From Escherichia coli O157:H7 (GTDB taxonomy: Bacteria; Pseudomonadota; Gammaproteobacteria; Enterobacterales; Enterobacteriaceae): DNA of 64,000 nucleotides. Position 1 is the stretch's first letter. Each line of letters starts with the position of its first letter. This document shows positions 27,783-39,137 of this stretch, in pieces. Where the stretch lies: assembly GCF_013167455.1 (NCBI RefSeq), contig NZ_CP038328.1; one strand, written 5' to 3'. The position numbers were made by a program, and so were the translations under genes. The notes beneath the pieces are model-generated. The model saw only the letters and a list, made by a program, of their open reading frames with translations, did no database searches and was not told where the DNA came from.

Positions 27783-29246
27783 TTACATCTTGGTATAAGG
27801 CTTAAAGCGTTCCTGCAGCTGGCGCAACTGGTCGATGCGCGCATCGTAACGCGCTTGTTGCAGGCTGCCTAATTTCACCTGCGAACTGGCGCTACTCAAC
27901 AGCGAAATGGCCTGATCGAGTCGTCCGGCGAGCGCATAACCTTCTGCTCGCGCAGCCAGCTCCTGATCGCGGTTATTTAGCGCGGCTTCCGCCTGTGCCA
28001 GCAAATCCCAGCCGTTGCTGTCATCTTTATTATTAAAGGTGTAGCGATTAAGAATATTGGCCGCTTCTTGTGGTTGACCGCCTTGTAGATAAGCGTTCGC
28101 CAGGTTGAGCTGCAACACAGGATTGGTGCGCAAATCGCGGGCATTTTTCAGACGATTGATCGCCTCATTGGCTTTGTTTTGCCCAAGATCGATATCAGTA
28201 GCCAGATCGAGATACCATGCGTTGCCAGGTTCTGCCGCCAGTAACGGTTGCAGCGTTTTTCGCGCCTCGTCGTATTTATTGGCTTCCATCGCCTGTAAAG
28301 CACGACCATATTGCGCCGCTCGTTGCTGACGAACGTTTCCTTTCGCCCATTCATCCAGCAAATCACTGGTGAGCTGGTTACGTCCGGAATTATACATCCC
28401 CAGTGTGCGCGCTTTCGCCAGATAGAAATCTTCCGACGACTGCACCACCATCGGGCGCATCTGATTAGCACGGTTGCGGGCATCTGCCAGACGACTTTCC
28501 GGCAACGGGTGAGTCAGTAAAATTTCCGGCGGGCGCGAGGAGTAACGCGCCTGATCGAGTAATTTTTCGAGGAAGGTTGGCATCGCCTGCGGATCGAATC
28601 CCGAGCGTTGCAGCACCTGAATACCAATGCGGTCCGCTTCCTGTTCATTTTGCTGGGTGAAACTGATCATCCCCTGACGCGTTCCCGCCAGTGTACCGGT
28701 CAGCGCCGCCATCCCCGCCTGCGGACTGGCCATCGCCAGTAAAATAGAACCTAACGCGCCGACCCAGGTCAGCGGCGCGTTGCGCTGCTGATCTTCCATC
28801 GCTCGCGCCAGGTGACGTTGGGTGACGTGGGAGATTTCGTGCGCCATAACTGAAGCCAGTTGACTTTCGTTATCGGAATAACGGAACAGGGCAGAGTGCA
28901 GCACCACGTTGCCGCCAAAGAAAGCAAAGGCGTTAATTTCGTCGTTGTTGATCAGAAAGAAATGAAACGGTGTCTTAACCGAATTGGCATGCGAAACCAG
29001 ACGCATCCCCAGCGAATTAATATATTGCGTTAACAGCGGGTCATTAATTAACGGCGCGCTGCCGCGTAGCTGGCGGACATAATAGTCGCCCATCTGCATT
29101 TCCTGACCAATGGAAAGCGTGCTTCCTGCGGAGGTTCCCATATCCGGCAAGGTGTCTGCGCTGTCGGCAAATGCCGGGGCTACCTGACCAATGGTCATAG
29201 CAGCAATGAGGGTTGCAACCAGGTTTTTTTTCAACTGCCTGAACAT
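27783..29246 (-). CDS. bepA: periplasmic beta-barrel assembly-enhancing protease BepA (M48 + TPR)
   Basis: Track ORF 487 aa; HEISH zinc motif; signal peptide; sigmaE-type promoter upstream. Confidence 0.95.
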   Translation of the reverse strand: MFRQLKKNLVATLIAAMTIGQVAPAFADSADTLPDMGTSAGSTLSIGQEMQMGDYYVRQLRGSAPLINDPLLTQYINSLGMRLVSHANSVKTPFHFFLINNDEINAFAFFGGNVVLHSALFRYSDNESQLASVMAHEISHVTQRHLARAMEDQQRNAPLTWVGALGSILLAMASPQAGMAALTGTLAGTRQGMISFTQQNEQEADRIGIQVLQRSGFDPQAMPTFLEKLLDQARYSSRPPEILLTHPLPESRLADARNRANQMRPMVVQSSEDFYLAKARTLGMYNSGRNQLTSDLLDEWAKGNVRQQRAAQYGRALQAMEANKYDEARKTLQPLLAAEPGNAWYLDLATDIDLGQNKANEAINRLKNARDLRTNPVLQLNLANAYLQGGQPQEAANILNRYTFNNKDDSNGWDLLAQAEAALNNRDQELAARAEGYALAGRLDQAISLLSSASSQVKLGSLQQARYDARIDQLRQLQERFKPYTKM

Positions 29247-29277
29247 AACCTCTATCCTGTATTTCTGAAGATAGTCA

Positions 29278-29305
29278 TTTGACCGATACTGTGAAATATC
29301 GTTCC
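29278..29305 (-). promoter_or_regulatory. sigmaE-type promoter for bepA (-35 GGAACga, 16-nt spacer, -10 TCAAA)
   Basis: Minus strand reads GGAACGA-tatttcacagtatcgg-TCAAA, ending about 32 nt upstream of the bepA ATG. Confidence 0.55.
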
Positions 29306-29458
29306 CACCGCGCCGCCTTTGAGTGTAACGGCGAAGATTAGCCCACTCAAATGACTTTTCAGTTTCCTGAATCCGTCATAAAAAGCGAAGTCTTTTTTGT
29401 GACATTTCGATACAATTGCGGATCGCAATCCCGCTCTTGAGGTTCAGGGAAGGTCTTT

Positions 29459-30520
29459 ATGCTCGAAATGTTGATGCAATGGTATCGCCGCCGTTTTAGC
29501 GACCCGGAAGCGATTGCCTTGCTGGTTATTTTAGTTGCCGGATTTGGCATTATCTTTTTCTTTAGTGGCCTGCTTGCTCCGTTGCTGGTGGCTATTGTGC
29601 TGGCCTATTTGCTGGAATGGCCAACCGTGCGCCTGCAATCTATTGGCTGCTCCCGCCGCTGGGCGACGTCGATTGTATTGGTGGTTTTCGTCGGTATATT
29701 GCTACTGATGGCGTTCGTGGTACTGCCTATCGCCTGGCAGCAGGGCATCTACTTAATCCGCGATATGCCGGGGATGCTCAATAAGCTTTCTGACTTTGCC
29801 GCCACGTTGCCGCGCCGCTATCCGGCGTTAATGGATGCGGGCATTATTGATGCAATGGCCGAAAATATGCGCAGTCGGATGCTGACCATGGGCGATTCGG
29901 TGGTGAAAATTTCCCTCGCCTCGCTGGTCGGTTTGCTGACCATTGCCGTCTATCTGGTGCTGGTACCATTGATGGTCTTCTTCCTGCTGAAAGACAAAGA
30001 GCAGATGCTGAATGCCGTTCGCCGGGTGCTGCCGCGTAACCGTGGACTGGCAGGACAGGTGTGGAAGGAGATGAATCAACAAATCACCAACTATATCCGC
30101 GGCAAAGTGCTGGAGATGATCGTAGTAGGGATCGCCACCTGGCTGGGATTCTTACTCTTCGGGCTGAACTATTCGCTGCTGCTGGCGGTGCTGGTCGGCT
30201 TCTCGGTACTTATTCCGTACATTGGCGCATTTGTGGTGACCATTCCGGTGGTTGGCGTGGCGCTATTCCAGTTTGGTGCAGGCACTGAATTCTGGAGCTG
30301 TTTCGCGGTGTATCTGATCATTCAGGCGCTTGACGGCAACCTGTTAGTACCGGTGTTGTTCTCCGAAGCGGTTAACCTGCATCCGCTGGTGATTATTTTA
30401 TCGGTGGTGATCTTCGGTGGTTTGTGGGGATTCTGGGGCGTATTCTTCGCCATTCCATTGGCGACGCTGATCAAAGCCGTGATCCACGCCTGGCCCGATG
30501 GGCAAATAGCGCAAGAATAA
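29459..30520 (+). CDS. perM: AI-2E-family inner membrane permease PerM/YfgO
   Basis: Track ORF 353 aa; polytopic membrane protein. Confidence 0.9.
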   Translation: MLEMLMQWYRRRFSDPEAIALLVILVAGFGIIFFFSGLLAPLLVAIVLAYLLEWPTVRLQSIGCSRRWATSIVLVVFVGILLLMAFVVLPIAWQQGIYLIRDMPGMLNKLSDFAATLPRRYPALMDAGIIDAMAENMRSRMLTMGDSVVKISLASLVGLLTIAVYLVLVPLMVFFLLKDKEQMLNAVRRVLPRNRGLAGQVWKEMNQQITNYIRGKVLEMIVVGIATWLGFLLFGLNYSLLLAVLVGFSVLIPYIGAFVVTIPVVGVALFQFGAGTEFWSCFAVYLIIQALDGNLLVPVLFSEAVNLHPLVIILSVVIFGGLWGFWGVFFAIPLATLIKAVIHAWPDGQIAQE

Positions 30521-30524
30521 TCTT

Positions 30525-30556
30525 CAGCCCGACGAACTGTTTCGCCGGGCTGATTT
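30525..30556. terminator. bidirectional terminator between perM and focB
   Basis: 12-bp stem (one mismatch) cagcccgacgaa/ttcgccgggctg, T-run on plus, A-rich on the other side. Confidence 0.6.
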
Positions 30557-30557
30557 T

Positions 30558-31406
30558 TCAGGATTCCTGACGTAAATAAATAGCCCGATAACAAATACTC
30601 ACCAGCACTGCACCGCCGATAATATTACCCAGCATCACCGGGAGCAGATTGGCGGTAATAAAATGGCTGACCGTCAGTGCAGGAAAATTGTCTGCGCTAC
30701 TGTGCGCCAGTTGCCAGAAGGAGGTAGGGGCGAAATGGCGAATGGCAATGGCGAACGGAATCACAAACAAATTGGCGATACAGTGCTCAAAGCCACTGGC
30801 GACAAACAGGGTGATGGGCAAAATCATGGCGACGATTTTGTCGCATAACGAACGCCCGCAATAACTCATCCACAGCGCCAGGCAAACCATCAGATTGCAC
30901 ATAATGCCGAGGCTGACAGATTCAGTAAATGTATGATGCATTTTGCCCTCGGCGCAGTGTAAAACCGCGACTCCCCACATCGCGTTTTCACTCATCACCA
31001 GCCCGGAAAACCAGATTAACAAACTGAAACAGGCAATACCTGCCAGATTACCGCAGGCCACCAGAAGTGCGTTAATCAGCCAAGTTCGCCAACTAATAAC
31101 GCCCCGACTTTTTGCCATCACCGTCATTACCGACGAGGTGAACAGGCTGGTGCCGCAAACCGCCAGCAAAATAAAGCCGAGTGTAAAGCAAAGGCCGCCC
31201 ACCAGATGGGTTAATGCCTGTGAAGACGGGGCATCGGCGATAACGGAAAGGTAAAAAGTAAATCCGATCGCCATAAACACGCCAGCGGACATCGCCATTA
31301 AAAAGACCGACACTTTACTGCGGGCAATTTTATGGGCGGCAATCCGTTCAGCGATTGCCGCTTTTCTGGCGCTCAACTGCAAGTCGAAAGAGAGTTTGTT
31401 TCTCAT
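30558..31406 (-). CDS. focB: formate channel FocB (FNT family)
   Basis: Track ORF 282 aa; last gene of the hyf locus. Confidence 0.9.
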   Translation of the reverse strand: MRNKLSFDLQLSARKAAIAERIAAHKIARSKVSVFLMAMSAGVFMAIGFTFYLSVIADAPSSQALTHLVGGLCFTLGFILLAVCGTSLFTSSVMTVMAKSRGVISWRTWLINALLVACGNLAGIACFSLLIWFSGLVMSENAMWGVAVLHCAEGKMHHTFTESVSLGIMCNLMVCLALWMSYCGRSLCDKIVAMILPITLFVASGFEHCIANLFVIPFAIAIRHFAPTSFWQLAHSSADNFPALTVSHFITANLLPVMLGNIIGGAVLVSICYRAIYLRQES

Positions 31407-31427
31407 GCATACTCCTGCAAAAGCAGA

Positions 31428-33440
31428 TTACAACACCTCGCGAACCGAGATCCCCAGACGCTGCATTCGTGACAGCAGCGTGGTGCGCTTCATCCCTAAT
31501 CGTGTCGCCGCGCCACGGGGCCCGGCAACAATGCCATTGGTTTCTCGCAATACCTGAACAATGCGCTGACGTTCTTCTTCGTCATTCTCTGGCGTCGTCG
31601 GGTGCAGCAACTGCGCCATTGAACTGCGAAGCGCTGAATCTTCATTTAGCGTCGGCAGTAAACGGCTTTGTCGGACATTAAGATGTAAATTCAGACTGTT
31701 ACCGCGAGTCAGCAGTACCGCTCGCTCAATCACGTTTTCCAGCTCGCGCACGTTGCCCGGCCAATCCCACGACATCAACTGGCGTAGTGCCTCGGTCGGG
31801 ATGGCGTCAATTGCGCGATTCATATGGCGCGCCATTTTTTGCGTGAAATGTTTTGCTAAAAGAGGGATATCTTCCGGACGGTCTCGCAGCGGCGGCAATT
31901 CCAGTGGGAAGACATTCAGGCGATAAAAGAGATCGCTGCGAAACTGGCGATCTTCAACCATTTGCCACAAATCACGGTTGGTGGCGGCAATGACTCTGAC
32001 ATTCACCGGGATCGTTCTACTCCCGCCGAGACGCTCAATTTCCCGCTCCTGCAATACGCGCAGCAATTTAGGCTGAAGTTCTAACGGCAGATCGCCAATT
32101 TCATCGAGAAACAACGTACCGCCATCGGCAATTTCAAAACGACCACGATGGGTATTAATCGCACCAGTAAAGGCCCCTTTGTCATGACCGAATAACTCAC
32201 TTTCCAGAAGACTGGCGGGGATGGCAGCGCAGTTGATTTTGACCAGCGGCTTGTCGCGTCGCGGGCTAAGTTGATGGATCGCTCTGGCGATCACCTCTTT
32301 GCCGGTTCCGGTTTCACCACAAATCAACACCGTACTGTCGCTCTTCGCCACAATATCTACCTGCTGGAGCAGGTCTTCCATTGCCTGGCTTTGATAGATA
32401 ATGTCACCGACGCCCAGATTCGAAAGGAGCTGCTCGCTAAGCTGGTGGTTTTCTTGCTGCAAACTTTCCTGCAAATCGGTCATGCTACGCCAGGCATCGG
32501 CATTGCCAACGGCAATAGCGATGCGATCGGCTATGTGTTGTAGTAGCTGGCAGTTTTCCTCACTAAAGAGAGTGGTAGAGGTATGCGCCAGCAACAATGC
32601 ACCCGGTGTATGGTTGCCAAAGGTAAGCGGTATCAGGAGCGAAGATTCGCAGCCGTTAGATGCAAGTAAGTGTAATAACGGGTCGCGTTGCCAGAGAAAC
32701 AGATCGTCTGCACGGTGCGTCAAGGTCGGTTGTCGGGTTTGTAGCGTTTGTGTCAGCAATACACTGTCGCCAGGCATATTGCGTGGCAGACACGCACAAT
32801 GTGAGGCAGAAAGATCGCTGCACCACAGGCTGAACTTCTCGTTCTTTCGATGATCGCCCAGTACCATACTGACTGAAGCCAGACCGAAAAAATGATGGAT
32901 CTCACGAGCGACGTCAGCGATCAGATCGTCGAGATCAAGATGTGACAGCACTGCATTAGTGATATCCACCAGTACCCGATGATGATCGCGATCTTTCTCC
33001 AGCAAACGCAGCGCCACCTGTTGTTCTTCATCATTGAGCCATGATTGCAGAACCGGGGTGATAATGCGTGCCAGCCAGTTAAACAGTGTGCAATCCTGGG
33101 GAGTAAAACGACTGCCGTGGGTGCGAATAAAGCGTAGCTCCGCCATTCCACTACTGCCGAGAAGGACGGCGTGACGCGAATAATCGACCATCTCGCCCTG
33201 ATACTCTGTTGTTGCCGTCACATCGCTGCCATCATCATGGTAGCGGTAATAGAAGTTGCTTTTGAGAACATGCAGTTCAATAAGTTGTACCGGGCTGAAC
33301 GGCGGCGGCAGCGGGATGAAGGCGCGTAATAAAGACGCCTTGCCGTGTTTCTGCGCTAACCGCTCTGCGAGCATTCCGTTTACCGCTTCAATTGTTATTC
33401 CTTGCGGCGGGGCAAACATCGCCTCGTCTGACATAGCCAT
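31428..33440 (-). CDS. hyfR: sigma54-dependent transcriptional activator HyfR
   Basis: Track ORF 671 aa (TTG at 33443, ATG at 33440); AAA+ GETGTGKE Walker A and C-terminal HTH. Confidence 0.9.
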   Translation of the reverse strand: MAMSDEAMFAPPQGITIEAVNGMLAERLAQKHGKASLLRAFIPLPPPFSPVQLIELHVLKSNFYYRYHDDGSDVTATTEYQGEMVDYSRHAVLLGSSGMAELRFIRTHGSRFTPQDCTLFNWLARIITPVLQSWLNDEEQQVALRLLEKDRDHHRVLVDITNAVLSHLDLDDLIADVAREIHHFFGLASVSMVLGDHRKNEKFSLWCSDLSASHCACLPRNMPGDSVLLTQTLQTRQPTLTHRADDLFLWQRDPLLHLLASNGCESSLLIPLTFGNHTPGALLLAHTSTTLFSEENCQLLQHIADRIAIAVGNADAWRSMTDLQESLQQENHQLSEQLLSNLGVGDIIYQSQAMEDLLQQVDIVAKSDSTVLICGETGTGKEVIARAIHQLSPRRDKPLVKINCAAIPASLLESELFGHDKGAFTGAINTHRGRFEIADGGTLFLDEIGDLPLELQPKLLRVLQEREIERLGGSRTIPVNVRVIAATNRDLWQMVEDRQFRSDLFYRLNVFPLELPPLRDRPEDIPLLAKHFTQKMARHMNRAIDAIPTEALRQLMSWDWPGNVRELENVIERAVLLTRGNSLNLHLNVRQSRLLPTLNEDSALRSSMAQLLHPTTPENDEEERQRIVQVLRETNGIVAGPRGAATRLGMKRTTLLSRMQRLGISVREVL

Positions 33441-33469
33441 CAACAGTCCTTATTAATGAGAAATCCTTC

Positions 33470-33883
33470 TCACGCAATTTTTCTGGCCATCAGATAGATA
33501 GCCGGTTCCAGCACAATTTCATCCAACAGATGAATGAATTGAATGCTACGCGCTTGCCACACAGACGTCGCGTCATCTGCCAGTGGCGCGAATGCCCGGG
33601 TCAACAGGGCGGTGTGGCTGGCGTCAATAACAATCTCACCAAAAGTCATCACCCCCAGCATCTTACGTCGGGCTTGCTCCTCTTCGACCAGTGCAAGCCA
33701 ATCTTCGTATTCCGTCAGTGGGCAGCGGAAGGTGACATTCAGACAATCAATCACGCCAACGTGATGACCGATAGCCAGCGAGTAATACATTACCTGGGAG
33801 CTGTGTTCCGGCATCTCGTCGCTACTGGCGACAAACTTTTTTCGCAGCGTCCAGAAAACAATTTCCCCGCACTCTTCAGTCAT
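33470..33883 (-). CDS. hyfJ: hydrogenase-4 component J (HycH-like maturation factor)
   Basis: Track ORF starts at 33946; ATG 33883 gives the recognised [12 protein letters not shown]-terminus; overlaps hyfI 3' end. Confidence 0.85.
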   Translation of the reverse strand: MTEECGEIVFWTLRKKFVASSDEMPEHSSQVMYYSLAIGHHVGVIDCLNVTFRCPLTEYEDWLALVEEEQARRKMLGVMTFGEIVIDASHTALLTRAFAPLADDATSVWQARSIQFIHLLDEIVLEPAIYLMARKIA

Positions 33884-34634
33884 GTAACCCCCGGAGTACG
33901 CGAAAGAGTTGCTGAACGATACTATTGAGACGTGGATCGTCGGCATCGCGCAACCAGGTGTTAACCCGATTTCCTGTAGGATCGTTGCTTAAATGGCGCA
34001 GGAGCCGATCGCAAATTTCTTGCCCCTGACGATAGCCCGCCAGCCGCCGCGCTTCTCGCTCAATGGCGATACGCTGTGATGGCGGGATCTGCGGCCACAA
34101 CGGTTGCATAGTCACCCCGGTGGGATCGCGATAATCCACCGCGTGAATCTTCTGTTGCAGCAAACCGAGCGCCACGGCGAAACCGTGAATGGTGGCGGCC
34201 GGTGTTGGCGGGCAGCCGGGGATCCAAACATCAATGGGGACAATGGTGTCGCTGCCGCCCCAGACGCTGTAGAGATCGTGGAAAATACCGCCGCCGACAC
34301 CGCACGCGCCGTAGGAAACACAGATTTTATGATCGGGGGCAGACTCATACGCCCGAAGTGCAGGCATACGCATCGCCCGGGTGACTGCGCCAGTAAATAA
34401 CAAAATATCGGCGTGACGCGGTGATGAAACAACCTTAATGCCAAAACGTTCTGCGTCGAATACGGGTGTGATGGCGGCAAAAATTTCGATTTCACAGGCG
34501 TTGCAGCCGCCGCAATCGACGCGATAAACGTAGGCTGAGCGACGGATATCCTGTAGCAAATGCCGCTTCATCTTTTGCGTTTGCTCGTCCAGCGTGATGG
34601 GCTGGCTGACATGTTGTGTAAGCACTGGACTCAT
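33876..34634 (-). CDS. hyfI: hydrogenase-4 small subunit (NuoB-like)
   Basis: Track ORF 252 aa; NuoB-type Cys ligands. Confidence 0.9.
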   Translation of the reverse strand: MSPVLTQHVSQPITLDEQTQKMKRHLLQDIRRSAYVYRVDCGGCNACEIEIFAAITPVFDAERFGIKVVSSPRHADILLFTGAVTRAMRMPALRAYESAPDHKICVSYGACGVGGGIFHDLYSVWGGSDTIVPIDVWIPGCPPTPAATIHGFAVALGLLQQKIHAVDYRDPTGVTMQPLWPQIPPSQRIAIEREARRLAGYRQGQEICDRLLRHLSNDPTGNRVNTWLRDADDPRLNSIVQQLFRVLRGLHD

Positions 34635-35176
34635 AGCTGCTCCTTAGCCACCAGCGGTACATCTGTATCGTCGTTGATCAGCGTCGCGCGTTGTTTGCAC
34701 TCCGGGCAGACGCTCGCTTGCGCCCGCAACATTTCGCGGTTTTGTGGCGCATTTTGTTGCTGTGCCAACAATTCAGCAGCCAGTGCGACGGTTTTTTGCG
34801 GGGCAAACGGGCGTTCGCAACGGCTGCAACGTTGTAGATGGAACGTCGCGCGGGTATAGAGATCGGCTTTATTGGTGACGGTCAGTTCAAAGTTATTGGT
34901 AAGCTGGATGGCTCTGGTCGGGCACACTTCTTCACAACGTCCGCAGTAAATACAACGCCCCAGATAGAGCTGCCAGGTGCGCGAATTTTGCTGGTCGTCG
35001 GTCTGGATAGTCAGCGCATTTGTCGGACAAGCACAGGCGCAGGCACCACAGGCAATACATTGGCTGGGCATCAGGTCCGGTTTCCCGCGAAAGCCTGGGC
35101 TGACCTCCAGTGGCGCGAAGGGATATTTCACCGTCGCGGTTCCGGCGCGCATAATAGTTTTCAGTAACTTCAGCAT
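34631..35176 (-). CDS. hyfH: hydrogenase-4 2[4Fe-4S] ferredoxin subunit
   Basis: Track ORF 181 aa; CxxCxxCxxxCP motifs. Confidence 0.9.
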   Translation of the reverse strand: MLKLLKTIMRAGTATVKYPFAPLEVSPGFRGKPDLMPSQCIACGACACACPTNALTIQTDDQQNSRTWQLYLGRCIYCGRCEEVCPTRAIQLTNNFELTVTNKADLYTRATFHLQRCSRCERPFAPQKTVALAAELLAQQQNAPQNREMLRAQASVCPECKQRATLINDDTDVPLVAKEQL

Positions 35177-35185
35177 CTTCTGTCC

Positions 35186-36901
35186 TTACTTCAGCGGCGA
35201 ACGGTTACGATCAATGCCGTAGCGTTCGATCTCTTTATACGGCACGGTTTTTGACTGGCGCTTGCGCACATCAACCAGCGTCACACGGTCGGTACAGGAG
35301 TAGCAGGGATCAAGGCTACCGATAATCAGCGGTGCGTCAGAAACGGTATTGCCGCGCAGCATGTAACGCAACACCGGCCAGTTGGCGTAGGTGGCGGCAC
35401 GGCAGCGCCAGCGGAACAATTTTTGGTTATCACCGAGCATGCTCCAGTGCACGTCTTCACCGCGTGGCGCTTCAACAAAGCCGAGCGCGAATGCGTGAGG
35501 TTTATAGCTAAAGCCTTCGGTCAGCAGTGGGGTATCCGGCATGTTGTCGAGAGCAAATTCCAGCATTGCCAGCGAATCAAACGTCTCTTTGACACGGACC
35601 ATCACGCGGGAGAAAACATCGCCGCCGGTGAAGGTAAACAGTGTTTTTGGAATATTGCCGTAGTCGGCGTAGGGGTGATCAAAGCGCAAATCACGGGCAA
35701 AACCACTGCCGCGGATCAGCGGCCCTACAGGGCTATAATCACGGGCGATTTGTCGGTCGAGAATGCCAATGCCCTGAGTGCGTTGTTCCATATTCGGCGT
35801 GGCAAGCAGCATTTCTACCAGCTCCGACACGTCGGCGCGCATCTCGCGCACCAGTTTCAGCGTTTGCAGACGTTGCTCTTTGAGAATATCGCGGCGAACA
35901 CCACCAATCAGATTCAGACCGTAGGTTTTACGCGACCCGGTCAGCAATTCCGCCATTGTCATCGACTTTTCCCGCACGCGGAAAAATTGCATAAAGCCGG
36001 TATCAAATCCAACAAAATGGCAGGAGAGGCCAAGGTTGAGCAAATGACTGTGTAGCCGTTCGACTTCCAGCAGAATCGAGCGAATGGTATGCGCTCGTTG
36101 CGGCACCTCAATCCCCAGTGCATTTTCAACCGAGTTGGTATAGGCCACACTGTGGGCAAAACCGCAAATCCCACACACGCGGTCCGATAAGAAGGTCACT
36201 TCGTTGTAGCCCATCCGCGTTTCTGCCAGTTTCTCCATGCCGCGATGGACATAAAACAGACGGTAATCAGCATCGACAATTTGCTCGCCATCCACAAACA
36301 AGCGGAAGTGACCCGGTTCATCGGAGGTGATATGCAGCGGGCCGACAGGGATCACCCGCGCACCGCTGTTGCCCTCATTGATAAACGGATACGTTTCGGA
36401 ATCAGTCGTCGGTTCAGGGCGCAGTCGATAATCCATCGCATCTTTGCGCAGCGGATGCATATCTTCCGGCCAGTCATCGGGCAACACCAGGCGACGCTGA
36501 TCCGGCAGGCCAACCGGAATCAGCCCGTACATATCACGAATTTCTCGCTCGCCCCAGACCGCGGCAGGGACGCGCGGTGTGACTGACGGAAACTCCCGAC
36601 TGTCGGCATCGACCAGCGCCTTCACCACAATCCAGCATTTTTCGGCCCCTTCCATTGAAAGGGCATAATAAACCGCGTAATGACCGTTAAGTGTCCGCTC
36701 GTCGTTGCCAAACAGGACCGGAAGCCAGCCATCATGTTGATAATAAAGATACTGTACAACGTCAGGCAGCAGATTGATTTTCACCGTAATGGTGACCTGT
36801 TCAGGCGTTTGTCGCTCTTCATCCAGCACCGCGCCGGGGAACTGCGTTTTCAGGGCGGCGAGAATCGCTTCGCCACGATTTGACGATGAATTAACGTTCA
36901 C
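35186..36901 (-). CDS. hyfG: hydrogenase-4 large [NiFe] subunit (NuoCD-like)
   Basis: Track ORF starts at ATG 36946 with no SD; in-frame GTG at 36901 has a GGAG SD and overlaps the hyfF stop; exact start uncertain; C-terminal DPCxxC nickel ligands. Confidence 0.88.
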   Translation of the reverse strand: MNVNSSSNRGEAILAALKTQFPGAVLDEERQTPEQVTITVKINLLPDVVQYLYYQHDGWLPVLFGNDERTLNGHYAVYYALSMEGAEKCWIVVKALVDADSREFPSVTPRVPAAVWGEREIRDMYGLIPVGLPDQRRLVLPDDWPEDMHPLRKDAMDYRLRPEPTTDSETYPFINEGNSGARVIPVGPLHITSDEPGHFRLFVDGEQIVDADYRLFYVHRGMEKLAETRMGYNEVTFLSDRVCGICGFAHSVAYTNSVENALGIEVPQRAHTIRSILLEVERLHSHLLNLGLSCHFVGFDTGFMQFFRVREKSMTMAELLTGSRKTYGLNLIGGVRRDILKEQRLQTLKLVREMRADVSELVEMLLATPNMEQRTQGIGILDRQIARDYSPVGPLIRGSGFARDLRFDHPYADYGNIPKTLFTFTGGDVFSRVMVRVKETFDSLAMLEFALDNMPDTPLLTEGFSYKPHAFALGFVEAPRGEDVHWSMLGDNQKLFRWRCRAATYANWPVLRYMLRGNTVSDAPLIIGSLDPCYSCTDRVTLVDVRKRQSKTVPYKEIERYGIDRNRSPLK

Positions 36902-38471
36902 TGTGTTTCTCCGAAACAGATGCGGTGCCTGAAGGCAAAAAATCATGCCAGGTGCTACGTTGTGCAGGCAGGTCGTGCGTCCCTGAGAGGACTATAGTGG
37001 AAGCGCCCGCCAGGATCCTGATGACAGGTTGTGGAATATGCGTTCCCATCGCCAGCATCATGACCAGCAGAATCACCATTGGCGAGGTGGTCAACCAGCC
37101 GAGATCACCCCGGTTAACGGCCTGCGGCGGTTTCGCCATTAACACCCGCGCAGCCATCCGTACCAGGCCCGCCAGCACCAGCGTTAACAGCAATAACAGC
37201 AGGACGATAATCAGCAGGTGATTACGTGCCAGTCCGGCGGTAACGGTCATAAATTCGCTAAGAAAAATGTTGAAGGGCGGCATCCCTGCCAGCGCCAGCG
37301 CACCGCCGCCAAACAGCACGGCGGTAAATGGCATGATTTTGAGCATCCCACAGACGACGTTGAGATCGCGCGTGCCGTACTTGAGCAGTACATTGCCGGA
37401 ACCGCAGAACAGCAGCGTTTTTGCCAGACTGTGGTTTAAGGTGTGCAGCAGCGCGGCAAAAATTCCCAGCGGCCCGCCAATGCCTAGCGCCACCGCGACC
37501 AGTCCCATGTTCTCCACGCTGGAGTACGCCAGCAGACGCTTAATGTCCCGCTGTACCAGAATGAAAAATGCCGCCACGGCAACCGACAACATGCCGAAGA
37601 TGAGCAACAACCGGTTGGGGAAATCGCTGCCGATGGCCTGGCAAATAATGATGTAATAGCGAATCAGCACCAACAGCGCGCAGTTCAGCAATACGGCGGA
37701 GAGTAGGGCGCTGACCGGACTCGGCGCTTCACTGTGAGCATCCGGCAGCCAGGCGTGCATGGGAAATAGCCCGGTTTTGGTACCAAAGCCAATTAGCACA
37801 AACACAAAGGCCAACAGCATTAATGTTGGATCAAGCAAGGACGATTGCTTAAGAACCTCGCTCCAGAATATCGCCATTTCTGCCTGCGGCATAACGCTGG
37901 CGGCGTTGGCGTATACCAGCACGGTACCGAACAGACCAAAAGCGACACCAACAGTACAAATAATGATGTACTTCCATGCTGCTTCCAGCGATGAACGCTG
38001 ACCGTAAATGCCTACCAGAAACGCCGAGCTTAAGGTGGTGGCTTCGATCGCCGCCCACATCACAATCAGGTTATTGCTGGTAACAACCAGCAGCATGGTG
38101 AACAAAAACAGATGGAAGAAACCGTAGTAATCGCACAGCGTAACGGGTGAAAGCTCGCCGTGCTCAACTTCATGACGCATGTAGCCAATCGAGTAAACAC
38201 CGGTGAGAAAGCCAATCACACCAAGAATGGCGAGGAACAAACCGCCCAGACCATCAATATGAAGCCACAGTCCCGCAGCGAATATTTCTCCTGCATCAGC
38301 GGCAGTTTGGACCACCCAGAGTGCCAGAATCAGCAGCAGTGTGATCCCTAAGCTATGTAATACTGTCACCGTGCGAGTCGCAGAGTGCCCTCGTTTCCGG
38401 CAGGCAAAACAGAGCAGCGAAAAAAGCAGCGGAGTGAGCAGGAGTAAAGCGAACATCACAGAATAACTCAT
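36891..38471 (-). CDS. hyfF: hydrogenase-4 antiporter-like membrane subunit (NuoL/M/N family)
   Basis: Track ORF 526 aa; polytopic. Confidence 0.9.
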   Translation of the reverse strand: MSYSVMFALLLLTPLLFSLLCFACRKRGHSATRTVTVLHSLGITLLLILALWVVQTAADAGEIFAAGLWLHIDGLGGLFLAILGVIGFLTGVYSIGYMRHEVEHGELSPVTLCDYYGFFHLFLFTMLLVVTSNNLIVMWAAIEATTLSSAFLVGIYGQRSSLEAAWKYIIICTVGVAFGLFGTVLVYANAASVMPQAEMAIFWSEVLKQSSLLDPTLMLLAFVFVLIGFGTKTGLFPMHAWLPDAHSEAPSPVSALLSAVLLNCALLVLIRYYIIICQAIGSDFPNRLLLIFGMLSVAVAAFFILVQRDIKRLLAYSSVENMGLVAVALGIGGPLGIFAALLHTLNHSLAKTLLFCGSGNVLLKYGTRDLNVVCGMLKIMPFTAVLFGGGALALAGMPPFNIFLSEFMTVTAGLARNHLLIIVLLLLLLTLVLAGLVRMAARVLMAKPPQAVNRGDLGWLTTSPMVILLVMMLAMGTHIPQPVIRILAGASTIVLSGTHDLPAQRSTWHDFLPSGTASVSEKHSER

Positions 38472-38475
38472 CTCA

Positions 38476-39126
38476 TTATCCCTTCAGCGCGGTCAAGTTG
38501 TTCACGTCCAGCGTGCCGTGGGTACGCCATATTTTTCTTGCCAGTAACACCATCACAATGACGGCGAAGATGGCGTCGGTAGCGATACCAATTTCCACCA
38601 GTTCCGGTGCACGCCAGGCTAGAAGCGCCAGCACCAGATGGGAGCCGTTTTCCATCAGGCAGTAACCAAAAATTTGCCGCAGGATATTGCGCTGGCTAAC
38701 AATGCACAGCAGGCCAAGCAGAAAATGACCTAACGCCACCGCCAGCGCTGGTTTCAGCCCGGTAGCCATCGGTAGCTTCACGGGCTGAACGACAAATGCG
38801 CAAAGCAGGACAATTAACGCCGCGAGCAGTGCCATCATTGCCGGACCGAATAACGCTTTTTCCGGGATGTTCTGGGGAATATTTCGTGCAGCGTAAGTCA
38901 TGATTAACGGTACCAGCAGCACTTTGGTGATAAAGGCGCTGGCGGACCAGATCAGCAGTTGCTCTGCGGCGAACAGGCACGAGAGGGTGGCGAAAATAGA
39001 CACCAGCACCAGCGACTGGCAGGCGTAAAATCCGCATGACAGGCGATAGCTTTTGACGCTAATCACAAACAGCGATGTCAGCATCATCAGTCCCGCCAGA
39101 TTATTTACGATCATAGAACCGGTCAT
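38476..39126 (-). CDS. hyfE: hydrogenase-4 membrane subunit E
   Basis: Track ORF 216 aa; polytopic. Confidence 0.88.
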   Translation of the reverse strand: MTGSMIVNNLAGLMMLTSLFVISVKSYRLSCGFYACQSLVLVSIFATLSCLFAAEQLLIWSASAFITKVLLVPLIMTYAARNIPQNIPEKALFGPAMMALLAALIVLLCAFVVQPVKLPMATGLKPALAVALGHFLLGLLCIVSQRNILRQIFGYCLMENGSHLVLALLAWRAPELVEIGIATDAIFAVIVMVLLARKIWRTHGTLDVNNLTALKG

Positions 39127-39137
39127 TCATCATCTCC

